Below are positions 30,283 through 48,000 of a DNA stretch of 64,000 nt, in pieces. A model generated the notes under the pieces. It saw only the letters and a list, made by a program, of their open reading frames with translations, was not told the origin of the DNA and ran no database searches. This stretch comes from Salpingoeca rosetta (Eukaryota > Protista > Choanoflagellata): the NCBI GenBank assembly GCA_033442325.1, contig JAWQFM010000021.1, positions 465,452-529,451 on the forward strand. The letters are read 5' to 3'. Within the stretch, counting starts at the first letter, position 1. The number at the start of each line of letters is the position of its first letter. A program made the position numbers and the translations under genes.

Positions 30283-32694
30283 GTGCGTGCGTGTGTGTGT
30301 GTGTGTGCGTGTGCGCGCCGATGTCAGTAACAAGCGGTACACCATGAATGCATCGACATAGATATGCACTCAGACATGCACACACGCATACACAAACGAG
30401 CGTTTGCATCCAGATTGTCCATGAGATTCAAGGGTGCACCTTGCTGCCAAAGGGCGGATGTCGCTTTGCGAGCGCTTCGAGTTGGACGTGAGGGGCACGC
30501 AGGAGCTTCTGGCGCGAATCGAGACCGCCGTCAACAAAGGCCTGGGACAAGGTGGCACCTGCCACGCCAAACCGGCATGGTGAGAAAGGTGGTGGTCGAT
30601 TTCAAACAGTTGGCCTTTGATGAGACCTAAACGACAGTTTGCCCATCCATACAAATATATAGACAATGGCGCTCGCCCCCTCACTCACTCACCAATCCTT
30701 GGTAGCTGTTTGGTCACGTGTTCGCTGTCCCACCAAAGCCTGGTGCATGTAGGCAAGCATGCACAATCACAGTCGCATCACATCATTGCGTCAGAGTGAA
30801 AACGTCACAGAGCAAGTGAAACAGACAGGCAGCAACAAGTTGAATGCATCTCGGTGCTCGCGTGCCAGCTGGTTCATGTCACCTTGCTTGAAGACACTTG
30901 CTGAGTGTGACCGCTGCGTGTGCAGTGTCAAAGGGCACACCGTCCTTGATCAGGTACAGGTACTCAAGAAAGCCTGAAAGCAGCACATGGAAGTGGAAAT
31001 TAGTCACGAGAATACGTGACAACGCACTTGGCGAAATGTGAATGCAGAGGACAACAGAGCAGGAGCTGGGTGCAGTACAAGACGGCTGGTGGTGTGCTGG
31101 TAGCTGAGGCGCACGTGTGTTGTTCTTACAGTGCATGACGCGAAAAGACGACTTGAAAATGGCCTGCGGGAAGGGTGCGCAAGGTCAACAACAACCAGTT
31201 GCAACAGGGGTGCTGTGAGCACGCAGAAATATGTATTTGCAAACGTGGTGCGGTGCTGGTGAACATGTGAACAGGCAACACGCAAGCACAATCACAAGCG
31301 CGTGGCCAAGTGTTGTGGACCTGGGTGTCTTGCGTCAGTTGCATGTCGTCGACCTTCAATCCACCAAGCGCAGCCTGAATCAAACTTGAAGCCGTGCATC
31401 ATCGTCGTTGGTTGGTAGGTTGGTCGGTAGGATGGTTAGTTTGCGCTGTGCAAAGGGGTGTGTGTGTGTGTTGTGGTGTATGTATGTGTGTGTGTGTTTG
31501 CTGGTGTGTATGTGTGTGTGTTTGCTGGTGTGTGTGCGTTTGCTGGTGTGTGTGATGATATGTGTGCACATATGTGTGTGTGTGTGCGTGTGTTGCTTGT
31601 GTGGGTACATGCATGTGTCTTCACTGTTGTGCGTTTGCGTGTGGTTGCGTCATTGCTCTTGGGTTCGTGTAATTGTGTTTGATTGCAGAGTGTTCAACTG
31701 CAGGAAATCGCATGCAACGTGAAGGACAAACGACAAAGCGTGCGATACTGTTCTCACCAGTTGATCTTCATTTGCGGGGTGCGGATGCAGCCGTTTCCTT
31801 CCTTCATTGGATATCTTGAGGGGGCAACACATCAGGCCTGGGATGAGCACAGAAGCGCAACACACGCGTACCCGCCACACTCATGTAAACACAGGCACTC
31901 ACACACATCCACACTCACATCCACACACACACACCCACACCCACATCCACACACACACACACACATCTGCACACACCCATCAATGTAAACAAAGCACACA
32001 CATACGCGCATCTCTGCACACACCCATCAATGTAAACAAAGCACACACATACGCGCATCTCTGCACACACCTAATGATCTGGCGATCCTCCGACTTTTTC
32101 TTCCAGTTGAGAAGCTTGAGCTTTCGTTTCTGCTGGTGGCGCAGGCGAATTTCCTCAAACTCGTGCGCGCGACACAGCGCCAGCAGCTGCAACATAAGCG
32201 ATGCATTCACGGCGTGAATGGTGCAGCAGTCACCGCATGCATGGTGAACGTGTGGCAGCGCAAAATACAGGTGAAGGAGAGATGAACACGAGTTGACAAA
32301 AGTGGGCGAGAAGAGATAGAGGCAAACACGAAACAAACAGAGTAGGTACGCGAGTGTTTTTGAGGGGTATGTGCATGTGTCAATGACTACGTGAGAGATT
32401 GGAGGAAAGCTGATCATCGACGCCAAGGGTGGAGCTTTGGATACCACCACGACAAATCAACCAAATTAACATAAACACAGCCACAGCACAGAGGGCCGAC
32501 ACGTACAATGCTTTCCACGGTTCCTTTGGTCTTCATTTCCTCAAAGAGCTGAAACGTCTTGAAGGCGACGTAGTACTTGGCCATGGTCTTTCCCGACCCT
32601 ACAGTTGGAGCGTGGGTGAGTTGACGGTGAGAAGATTGGGATCCCCTTGTGCACGGGGTTCGATTTGGTGCGTACACGTGCACATGGAAATTCA

Positions 32695-32763
<69 letters not shown>

Positions 32764-33164
32764 GTTGTGTGCGTGGTGGTATTAACGACTGCTGCCATTC
32801 TTCCTGTGCAAGTCTGTGCATTGCCGAATCGTGTACGCGCACCCAACCACTTGCGCCACACACACACACACACACACACACTTCCCCACCTGTGCTCTGA
32901 CAGGAGAGGGCGTCATCCAGCACGATCAGCTTGGCCTTGTGCAGCTCGTTGAGGTTGTTCAAGCACACCCCTGGTGCAAGCGGCCCATTCACGTGACATG
33001 TGAAACTTTCAACGACAACGCAAATAGCCCCGCAGTCATCACATTTACACCAACACATACACAAACTATCCGTCTGCGCTGACAAACTCACGCCGCATGT
33101 GATCTTCCAGCGCCTGCGTCGAGCCCTCAACCCCTGGCATAGTACACCACAATCAGTGTGCGTG

Positions 33165-33214
<50 letters not shown>

Positions 33215-33785
33215 TGTGAGTGTGCGTGTGCGTGTGTGTGCGCGCGTGTTTGTGTGTATGAGAGCCACAGAACCGCTAGCCCTGCAAACATCCATTTGGG
33301 AGATCAACACGACGACCACACCAATACAATTTCCAGCACCGACCATAGTGAGATGGATTCTTGAGTGCGCGGATGTAAAAGAATGTGGACTGTAGCCACT
33401 CCATGGCGTCCTCCACTACAGCAAACACACAGGAGGGTAGGAGGTGATCCGGCACGAGGAGCAAAGGGGTGAGTGTGTGCGTGTGTGTGTGCGCGCGCGT
33501 GTGTCTGTGTGTGAGAGTGTGTGTGTGTGAGAGAGAGAGCAGACGCAATCACTTCACTGCTCATGTGCAAAGCACTGCCTGACTATGCACAACACTGCAT
33601 GACGAGTACAAGCGTACGTACCACTCTGGATGGTCTCCAATGACACCTCCGCGTTGATGTGCTCAATCAACTGCTTGTGCAGACTGCATGGGTTGGGGAT
33701 GCAACAAAAACGAACAACGCAGCTTCAGTCACAAGTCAATGACAGTCTTGAAACGCACGCGAGGCACATACACACACACATACAT

Positions 33786-33822
<37 letters not shown>

Positions 33823-35854
33823 ACACACACAACACAACACAACACACACACACACAACACACACACACACACAACACACACACAACACAACACACAACAC
33901 ACAACACAACACAGAAACACACGAATAAACGCGCAACCTTCCTCTCCTTCCCTCCCCCCCCCCCTTCGCCCTGACCTCGATTCGATGGGTTTTGCGCCCT
34001 TGAGTGACGCCTCGTAGACGGTTTTCTGCACCATGCTGGTGAGGACGACAGCAACGGCAGTGCGGTCAAACTGGGGGCGCCCAGCCCGGCCTACCATCTG
34101 TAGGATCTGGCTCTCGCTCAACTCCTTTGTGCCACTGGGATTGTACTGGCTCGTTCCCTTCACAATCACCAAATGGGCTGGGAGATTGACCTGCCAACGC
34201 ACATACGCACGCACCCGAACACATGGATGCACGAACACAAGGATGCACAAACACACGCACGCGAGCACAGGAATACACACACATACATACACACACAGTA
34301 TGTCACGTGGTTCATGATGTATGGTTCACGCACGCATGAACGAAACGCTGCCATAACGTGCGAGTTGAGATTCGCGGCCCAATTGCAACAAATCCAACGA
34401 GCAAGTAAGACAGAGACAACAGGACGCACCCCCATGGCCAAGGTTGTGGTTGCGGTGAGGGCGAGGAGTTTCCCCTGGAGGAAAAGGCGTTCAATGAGGG
34501 CGCGGTCCGCTGGAGCCAACCCGGCATGGTGCACCCCAACGCCCTGGCTCACCAGATCTGCATCCATGTTTGTGTGTGTGTGTGTGTGTGTGGGGGGGGG
34601 GTGGGTGAGTGTGGGCGGTGCGTGTCGCGAAGGTGCACGTGGATAAACGCGTAGCTGTGAGAAAGAAGGCGGAAGCGTTGCTGCTTCGAGCAAGATACAA
34701 TACCCGCATCACACATCCCAGCACACATCAGCCACGAACACGCGTGTGAGCGTGGTCCGGGTATCACAACATCCCACCTCGAACGCTGGTATCAAGCAAG
34801 CGTCTGCTCTGTTCGCGGAGTTCTCCAAGAAACATGCGGATGCGTGGGCTCTGCGTCGCCAGCCCTTTCAGCGCCCGCGCTGCGCCAGTGAATGCAAGCA
34901 AGCACAAGCGAGAAAGCAAGCAAGAAGCAATGCGTGAGCAAGCAAGTCAGAAAGGGAGCCAAGGAACAGATAAACAAACGACATTAGAGCGACACATGAG
35001 TGTGGGCAATACACATGAGGAGCTCAATGCAAACAAACAGAGGAGTCAAACATATTTATCCCAGACCACACCAACACACACCTGTTTCGAAGGTTGACTT
35101 GCGCGTGAGGCAGAACACGAGCGTCGGGCGGTGCTCCGGGTTGTGCTTGTTCACCACATCCTGGATCCTATGTATGTATGTGTGCGTGTATGTGCGCGCG
35201 TGTGCGTGTGCGTCGTGTGCAGGTGTGAGTGTGTGTGTGTAAATGTAAGTGTGTGCGCGCGCGCGTGTGTGTGTGTGTGACTGACAGAAAGAGAAGTAAT
35301 GAGCAGGAAACAGATGGGACAGTGCAAGAAGGGCCGTTGCGTGGCATGTTTATGTCATGCCAAGTGCACTGCTTGATCGTGGTACCTGTTGTTGAGAAAG
35401 TGGTCAAACTTGAATGCGTCGCCAGGACGATCAAATCCCCGAAATCCCTCCACGTGCAGCGACAGCGGGACGGGCCGGAACTCCGGGCCAAAACTGCCTC
35501 AATGATGGATGGCAGGGAAACAAGTCAAGTCAAGGTTCAACTGGCCAGCAGACACAAACACACGAGCATACACACACAGTGATGCCAAACCATGACTTGG
35601 GCTCTCGAGGTGTCTCGCCAAGTTGTCATAGCACTGCAACAGACAGACAGACACACGCACGCACAGACAGTTGGTCAGACAGACACGCATACACGCAGCA
35701 TCACACGCATGTTAGTCCGTACAGGTGCGCGCGTGCTGGCTTTCGTTCATTCGTGCGCAGCCATTTTGCGACGTCGTTCAGGTTTGGAACAGTGGCCGAC
35801 ACTGCGACGATGCGGATGCCGGGGTGGTCCTTAGTCCCCATGGCCATCGTCTGT

Positions 35855-35892
<38 letters not shown>

Positions 35893-36549
35893 GTGTACAT
35901 GTGTGTGTACATGTGTGTGTACATGTGTGTACATGTGTGTGCATGCGTGTGTGTGTGTACATGTGTGTGTGTGTGTGTGTACATGTGTGCATATGTGCGT
36001 GTGTGTACATGTGTGCATACATGTGTGTGTACATGTGTGGGTGTGCGTGTGAGGCAATGGAAGCTGTCATTTGTGTGTTGACAAGAACACCGTCGTGTCT
36101 CATTCACGCGCTCCTCATCTCGACACGTATTCACCTTCATGCGTGTGGCGACGACCTCGAGTGTGTGTCCTCTGTTCGCCTCACCAATCACGTGGACCTG
36201 CAACGCAACCAGCAAACGGCACAGAAGGTGAAGCGCCAACGTGTCGACACACGAGAGGGGGAAAGCAACACAGCAAGTGCGCGGCCATTTTGCACAGGAG
36301 GACAGCATATACACTGAGAGAGCACACAACCAACAAGACAAGACATACATACAGACATGCACATGCAACCGTGAGCGCACCTCGTCGATGAGCAGCAAGC
36401 GCACGTGTCGTGCTAGCGCCTGATTGTCCCGCCACCGCCTCGTCATGCTGTCCCATTTCTCCTGATGCAGTCGCGAGCACACATGCAAGTGAGAGAGGGT
36501 GTGCGTATCTGTGAGTGTGCGCGTGTGTTTGCGCGTGTGTGTGTCTGCA

Positions 36550-36585
<36 letters not shown>

Positions 36586-38543
36586 TGTGTGTGTGTGTGT
36601 GTGTGTCTGCATGTGTGTATGTGTGTGTGTGTGTGCATCGCCACCACTGCTGCAACCACCATTGACAGGATCAACGCCATGTGCAAGATGCGCAGATAGG
36701 CGCAGACCGGTGTGGTGATGACAACATCTGCAGAGCTGATGTTGCGGAGATCCTCCAGCTGCGAATCGCCGGTGATCTTCATCACACACAGGCCCTGCAA
36801 GCGTGGGCGCATTGCAGCAGCAAATCGATGAAGAAGGGTGAAAGAAGAATGCAGCCGCGAAACAGCCACACACTTGAACATGCACACACCCACGCAACAC
36901 ACACACAATCACAATCACAATCACACAATCACAATCACGCGCACACACACAATCACAATCACAATCACAATCACAGTCACAGTCACAATCACAGTCACAA
37001 TCACAATCACAATCACAATCACAATCACAATCACAATCACGCGCACACACACACATACACACATACACACACACACACACACCAATGGAGACAGCTTCTC
37101 CTTCCAGTCTTGCTCGCGTTCGTCGCACAACGCTTTCATCGGCGCAACTGGTGGCAGATACGAGCAGGGGTGCAGCGAGCAATGAAGCGCGTGGTGTTAA
37201 AGATGTACGGGCACCACGCAGTCATACGCCAATGCACTCCGTCCAAATACAGCCAAAGGACACAAGAGAGAGAGAGAGAGAGAGATTGCTCACTGTAGAT
37301 GACAATGGCCTTGTCTGTGGGAGTACGTGCTTTGAGCACTTGCAGCATTGCCAATTCCATGCACGCTGTCTTGCCACATCCCGTGGGTGCACTGCCACAT
37401 GGACCGTGAAGACATGATTGAGAAGAGGCAAGTTGATTGATCGATGGGCGACATGGGTTTGCGCAAGCCAGGAACACGGACGAAGGAGGCCATGCAAACG
37501 GTTTCGCCGTGCACTCGAACCTGATCACAACGTTGTCGGTGCTGTGGTACAACTGCACAGTTCGTTCGCACAAGGATCAGCAAGGGCAAACAAGGTGTCA
37601 ATGAAATCAGCAGCCAAAAGTGCAACACAACGCCACACGCACGCTCATGCAAGCGCAGACAGAACCGCAACAACAATATCCCTAAGCACACACACACACA
37701 TATTGTGCGATTGCACACAAAGCCACTACACACATCATTGAAGCACAGGCTCTGCACACGGTTGAAGGAGCGGATGCTTTTGAAGACCTGTCGATAAGGC
37801 TCGTCTTCGTCGAAAGAGACGAAGCAAGCACAAGGAGAAAGCAGGCAAGCGTGGCGATGAGCAGCAGGGTCATGGTGGGCAAAGCACAAACCACAAAACA
37901 GGCATAGACATTCGCATGCCCACGAGTGCTCACCAACAGCAGACACGGGAACGCTGTCTGGGCGATGCTGGTCGACCCCATGTTGCTGTTGTTGTTGTTG
38001 CCGCCGTTGCTGCGCTTGTGTTTGCTGTGAACGACTGGCACCAAGCCCAAGAGGATCGTGATCAGCATCGATATCCACGTCGTCGGCAACATCCTCGAAG
38101 CTCTCGATACTATCATGCTCAGCCAGCACTTGCTGTGCTGCCTGAGGGCGTGAGAGGGCTGGCGTTGGAGTTTCTTCTCGGGTGGAACGGGATTGCAAGT
38201 CGTGACTTTCAGGGACAACGCCAGGGGCGGAGCGGGGGGAGGTGGGTGGTGGTGCAGATGTCGCATCGAGCGTTTTCTGTTGTGCTCGCGTGTCGTGCTC
38301 CTGCTGTGGTTGCTGCTGGCCTTGGTGTTGTTGTTGCCGCTGCTGCTGTGGCTGTTCTTGTCGTTCCTGTTGTAGGTGTTGCTGTTGTTGGTGTTGCTGC
38401 TTCTGGTTCTGCTGGTCTTTGACATGATTGCTGGTGTTGGGCACCTCCTTGGCCGAGTGCGTGGTGGTGGCGGCCTTTGTTGGTGGCACAAATACACGCC
38501 TGCGGCCGCTGCCATACAGGATGCGGCGCACCTCGTCCGCCAT
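27401..38543 (-). CDS. HFM1: Meiotic Ski2-like DExH helicase MER3/HFM1 with Sec63 domain and long low-complexity C-terminus
   Basis: Motifs in order: [131 protein letters not shown]. The C-terminal exons (poly-S; ..SFLSDFLL*) join in consistent phase. Confidence 0.88.
28105..28204. other. Assembly gap (100 N) within an intronic (CA)n tract
   Basis: Run of N flanked by CA repeats. Confidence 0.99.
28553..28696. repeat. (GAT)n trinucleotide tract encoding poly-Ser on the minus strand
   Basis: About 47 near-perfect GAT units inside the putative HFM1 C-terminal exon. Confidence 0.9.
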
Positions 38544-38696
38544 GCTCGTTGACGTGAGGGAGAGGGAGGTACTAAGCAGAGACCCGGGTGTCACGCCCCT
38601 CTGCCCCTATGCCCTGCGCTTCAATACGTGCTGCAGGGTTGTGCGCGAGTGTGTGTGAGTGAGTGAGTGCGAATGTGTGTGTGAATGTGCGCGCGA

Positions 38697-38822
<126 letters not shown>

Positions 38823-39165
38823 ACCCACATTCCACTAGTCCACTGCACAACGCCATGAAGATTGCTGTCCTTCACACCATCCACTTTCAGTTTGAGTTTT
38901 CCCGCCAAACTCGCACAATGCATTCTTTGCTGTCGTCGCCGGCAGATCCCTCTGCTCACCGCCCTCGCTCGTTCAACACGACCCTGACCACACACACAGC
39001 ACCCCTTTGCCTGCCAGCCTTCCCTTGCCTCGTCTTGCACCCCATTACCACCATTCAGGGTTGCAGGACAAGCCTCTTGATGTTTCAATTACAAGTCGGA
39101 CACAGCACGGTGCATGAGCCAAGCCATTTCACATCATAAGCAGCAAACAGGACATGGGCAGGTCG

Positions 39166-42231
<3,066 letters not shown>

Positions 42232-42997
42232 CACGGCGACTGAATTCAGTTTAGTGTCGTATGACACAGCGAAAATGGCCTCATCGCCACCTTGCGTGCG
42301 TGTGAATTCGCCACGCCAACTTTTTCTTGTCAGGGAACGACGTGGTTGGGAGGAGAGCCGGACTCTCGGACTGCTGTAGTGCTTGAGATGTATGTGCTCG
42401 CACAAGTGCATGCCACGATGCTGACACACGCTGTGCAACCGTCTGCCTGGCCACAACAAACAGAGAGCACTGCATGGTTGTTCGCCTCTCTCTTTTTCGT
42501 GCTGCCGTGACAGCGTAACGGCTCACGAACGACACCGACATGAGTGAACCGGACCAATAACACCCTGACCAAAGGTTTTTGGATGTCAGGCACGAAAAAG
42601 TCACAGGCAGGCGAGCAACGCGCAACACGACATGCCCACGGAAGCCACAAGGGCACTGCTGACAACATGCCCTGCGCCAACCAGGCGAGCCAGTCAATGC
42701 TGTGCACACATGGCGCACAACAGCACTGCTGTGCACGACGACAACGTACCATCATGTCATGTCACATCACGTCAACAGCACACCATTCCCTTCAAAGAAC
42801 TACCCGCGACGCCACGCTAGCCATTTTCCGTTGTACGTTTGATCACCAAAACACCCCTTCCGGCCCTTGGCTATCTCTGCGAACACTTCCAACCCACCAC
42901 ACTAGCCAATCAACCAACCAATTGGACCCGACGTTTATCTGCAATATCAATGCGCTCCTGAGCTCGCGAGCTCCCCAAACAAGCTCTCCCAGCAACG

Positions 42998-44942
42998 ATG
43001 GCCACGTATTGCCCCTATCGCTTGCATCCGCAACCTCTTCTCCTTGCTTGGGTGGTGGTTGCATTCCTTCTGCGTCCCGTCACTCCCTCGGCTGCGCCCG
43101 TATCCATCGGTTGCGTTCTCTCTCCAGTCCAACCAGGTGAGTCTTGAGTCTCCAGGTGTGTGTGTGTGTGTGTGTGTTTGGATGTGTGTGCGTGTGCGTG
43201 CGTGTGTCTGGATGTGTGCCTCTGGATGTGTGTGTGTGTGCTTTGGCGATTGTTCAGGTGTGCCGCCTGAACCTAGCGGTGTCCGCGCACATAGCCAACA
43301 CCAGGCAAAGAGCCAAGCATGGTTGCTCCTTTCCTTCTCTCGACTCACATTCTTGACTTCAACCCTTGTGCTTGCACCTGGCAGAGATCTGTGGCCATTT
43401 CGAGGAAGTGTTGCAAAATGCGCCATGGAACACGACGTTCCAACCCATGGATGAGATTGAGATCTTGGATGCCGTCAAATCTCTCCATTTTGCCCTCGTT
43501 GATCCCAAAACTCTCGCCTGCCTCGATGTTGAATATGGCATCGCCCCCATCGCTACACTCGGAGTTCCAAACATCTACGGTAAGAAGCTGTGCGTGTGTG
43601 TGCTTGTGTATGTGTGTGTGTGTGTGTGTTTGCGTGCGTATGCCTGGTATGCACGTGTGTTGTGCTGTATGTGTGTGTGTGTGTGTTCGCGTGCGTGTGT
43701 TTGCGTGCGTATGCACGTGTGTGTTGTGTTGTCTTGAGTTGTGTTCACCGTGTGCTTTGTGTGTATGTGTGTGTCGATCCTTGTGTATCGCTCTTCTCGT
43801 CGATCCGCATTCCTCTCATATGAAACTGCTTATGTCCTGCCCTTCCACCATCAAAGTCCCCAAACGCAAGACGCACGATGATTTCGTATTCGAGGTGGGA
43901 GCCGTCATCTTCACACGTGCAGACTCAACCGTCGAGTCCCTGGAACACCTCAAGGACAGGGTCGTTGCAACAACCACTACCACAGATCTTGCCAGCACTA
44001 ATGCGGCCTTTGTGGAGTATCGCCAGCGCACGGGATCAGACCTCATCGATGACGCAGCTACGGTCAGTGTGATGTCGTGCTTTGCGTGGGATGCAATGAC
44101 TTCATCAAGTTGCCATTTCAGTTTGGAGCATGGCCAACACTAACGAAGGTCATGACTTACAAACACTTTGCGAGACAACCACACAAACGCACAAACAAAC
44201 ACAGCAAACACAACAAACACAACAAACACAACAAACACAACAAACACAACAAACACAACAAACACAACATCACATACACACGCACACATGCACACGCACA
44301 CACACACAGAGCACCACGCGAGCGCTCACACATGCACACATGCAACTGTGTATCAGATCGAGTTCATGGGCACACCCGCTCGCGTGCTTGGTGCTGTCTT
44401 GAGCGGCACTGCAGACGTTGGCATTGTGCAGGCGGGCTTTCTTGAGCAAGCTGTGAAAGACAGAGCCGTCACATGGGAGGACGTGTTGTTGCTGTCGCTG
44501 AATGTCGTCGAGAGCAACCATCGCATGTTTCCTTATCACATCTCCACCGTGGCATACCCTGGCTGGGCGCTCGTAGGCTTTGAAGCAACCACAACGACGG
44601 TGCGTTCGTGTAGCTGTGCCAAACAGTGATGGCAGTCGTTGTTCATGCATAACACTGCCGCCAACGTCTTCAACCAGCAATGCACGCCAACCACTGCTCA
44701 CCCGCCTCTGTTTGGCCTGCAAGGTTCTCACTACGCATGGTTTCTTCCAACACCCATTCAAACAAACAGGAGCGCGAGCAAATGCTTGACTTCTTGTTCA
44801 ACACAAGCGTTGACTTGAGTGTCCACTTTGCTCTCGCTGAAAGCTACGCTACGGCCGGAGATGCCCTGGTCAGTACTCGCTCACCACACATACACACACA
44901 CGCACACACACACACACACACCCTCACACACACACACACACA

Positions 44943-44979
<37 letters not shown>

Positions 44980-44980
44980 A

Positions 44981-45011
<31 letters not shown>

Positions 45012-48000
45012 CTCTGGCACACGGGATACTGAATCATTTTCCTTTTCCATCCTTAATCTCCACGTCACACGCTCACAACTGTGCAGGAAACTTTTGGCAT
45101 CATTGAGCGGGACCTGACACGAAGTGCAAACGCCTACTGCCCTCGAACTGCATCACATCGCGCTGTCTTGTCCCCTGCCAACCCCGGCAATGCAGCCACC
45201 GATACCTCTTCTTCTCCTCCAGCTTCCTCCTTTTCTTCTGTGTGGACTGCTGCCCTCATTGACAAGTTCGACCCGGCCCTGCAAGCACCGCGAATCATCT
45301 GCCCGCAATCCCACTTTAGACACAGCAAGTACATCCAGGAAACACTGTGTGTTGGACTTGACTGCCCCAACAACACGCTCTGCGCCTGCCAAGCATGTCA
45401 AGAGTCGCCACCCGTCTTGGTGAGGTTGCGCCTGCGTTGTGGTGAGGATGACAGAGACGTGGCGTGCGTGAAGCTGAGAGGAGGTGCTGGTGTGAGGCGC
45501 AGAGCAGACAGATCTGGCAAACCAACATGTACGTGCACATATTTTAACGCTCACGCGAACCCGCGCACGCGCATGTGCATTCAACCACGCGCCCGCACAC
45601 AAACACACAAACACACAATCCAACTGCAATGTCAATGGGTCGTTCGCACAGGTGCACTCGACGTTGGCTGACAGCAGCGAGACGCTGTTCTCTTCAAGTG
45701 TTGACACGCTGCAAAACGTGCTGCTGTCTTCGTGCGAGCGAATGCGCGTGTGCTCCACAGTGCAGCAAGGCACACCCCAGTTTATGCTAGTGGAAGACAA
45801 GTACGCACAGTACAGACCAAATGAACACTCGCTCTTCTTCTTCATTAGGGTTGACTGGTCAGAAGCAGGCATTTCCACAACAACAGCCACACCACTACCC
45901 CACGATCATCAGTTTGCCATCTTCAATGTCACAACCCCCCACTTTGGCAGAGCAGCTGTGGAGGTAAGCAAATTCGTTGCTGCATGGGTAGCTGATGATA
46001 TGACATAATTATGGGCGCCATAGATTTGATGTCATTGAGGAAGAGTGTGAAGAGCACAATTACACTCAGTGACCAATGCAATAACGCACAATATGCACGA
46101 CTTGCGCTTCTGTCATTTCCATCAGATATATGTTGCTGACCCTGAAACAACAATGGACAAGTGGGAGCCCATCTACGCAAGCCCGTTCCTGCTGGAAGTC
46201 ACCCCTCGCGACTGCCCGCCAGGACAGGAGGCAACACAGGACAACACGTGCGTTTGCCCCGTCGGCACGCTCCACATCAGCGGCAGTTGCATGCAGGCAA
46301 AGGAGTACCTGCCCATCTTCATCGGCAGCGCCCTGGCTGTGATTGGCATCGGCGTGTACATTGCCATTGCCATGGTGCGGCGAGGCGCAGACAAGCTGTG
46401 GCAGATTGACGCGGCAGACGTTGTTGTGAGCGACCCGCCCGAGGTGCTTGGGATGGGCGCGTTTGGTGTTGTGATCAAGGGGGAGCTGAACGGCACCGCC
46501 ATCGCCATCAAGCGCGTCATGCCGCGGGCCTCGCGTGCAGGTGCACGTGGTACGCGCACGGGAAGCAAGCGAGGGTTTCTCAGCAGCATGAAACGGAGTA
46601 GCAAGAACGGCGAATGCGATGACGCACTTGCAGCTCCTGACGGCACAGTGACAGGCACGTATCAGGCATCAAGGACAGCCAACGGCTTTGGCTTGCAGCT
46701 GGGCAACATGGACAACGAGGCAGCGATTGAGCGGGCGCTGGAGCAGGGCAATGCAACCACCCAGGGCACCACACACAGGATGAGCAAGACAAAGAGGCTC
46801 ACAAACGCAAAGTACGTTTGTCTGCAGGAGTTGGGTGCTGTGGTGTGCTGTGGTGTGTGCGTTGTGTGTGTGTGTGTGTGTGTTGTGTGTGAGTGTGTGC
46901 GAGTGAGTGTGTGTACATGCATATGTGTGTGCATGAGTACCAAGTGCGTGCCTCTCTTTGGCGTGAGGTACAGGCCCATTCTGGTTCTGCTGTTCAAGTA
47001 CTGCTCGCTTGCATTGTGCTCACTCACATTGGTCTTGCACTGCCCTTCACATCACGACAGAGCCGAGTTCATGGAGGAGATGCGGCTGCTGTCACGGCTG
47101 CGCCACCCGTGCATCGCCACCATGCTTGGTGCCATCATGACCAAGTCGCGAGAGTTTCTCCTCGTCATGGAACACCTCGAGCACGGGTGCGTCAATGCTT
47201 CACGTGTGTGTGTGTGTGTGTGTATGTGTGTGCATATCTGTATGTATGTATGTGTGTGTGTGTGTGTGTGATTATCTTCATGTATTGGATTGACATCAGG
47301 CTTTGCTGACGCTCTTGCATGCGTGCATTTATGCCATCGTGCCGTCATGCACAGCACACCGCATACACACGCACCACACTTTCGCCATCACTGCCTTCCA
47401 CTCATTCTTCCCACCCTCGACACTCACTCACTCGCCTACACTCACTCATTCGCACCACACACGTATACACACAATCGCACGTTGCTCATGCACAGGTCGC
47501 TGTATGACTTCCTGCGCAATGATGAGCTGCCAACACCAGACATGTTCCTGCTGCCCATTGTCAAGGACATTGTGTCTGGCATGCGCTACATCCACAACCT
47601 CAAGCCACCGGTTGTGCACGGCGACCTGAAGACGAAGAATGTGCTTGTGGATGGCAACTTCAAGGCCAAGGTTGCTGATTTCGGGCTGTCGCAGAAGCAG
47701 CGTTTTGGCTGTGGCACCCCCTTCTGGATGGCGCCAGGTGTGTGTGTGTGTGCATTTGTGTGTGCCTGTGTGTGTCTGTGTGTGTGCTGATGTGCTACTG
47801 TGAATGTGCATGCATGCAAGCACGTGCATGTGTATTCGGGCGTGTGTATTGCAGAGTTGCGTTCTTCCCCCCCCCCTACCTTAACACATACACATACCTT
47901 CCAACCACTATCACTCACAATCACCACCAACACAATCACCACCATCACAACCACCGCTCACCAACCAATCATCACAACCACCGCTCACCAACCAATCATC

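Noticed and set aside
31965-32070. 47-bp direct repeat (and the 83-bp one at 2271) as CRISPR-like arrays
   Set aside because: Simple two-copy intronic tandem duplications without unique spacers or cas genes, in a eukaryotic context.
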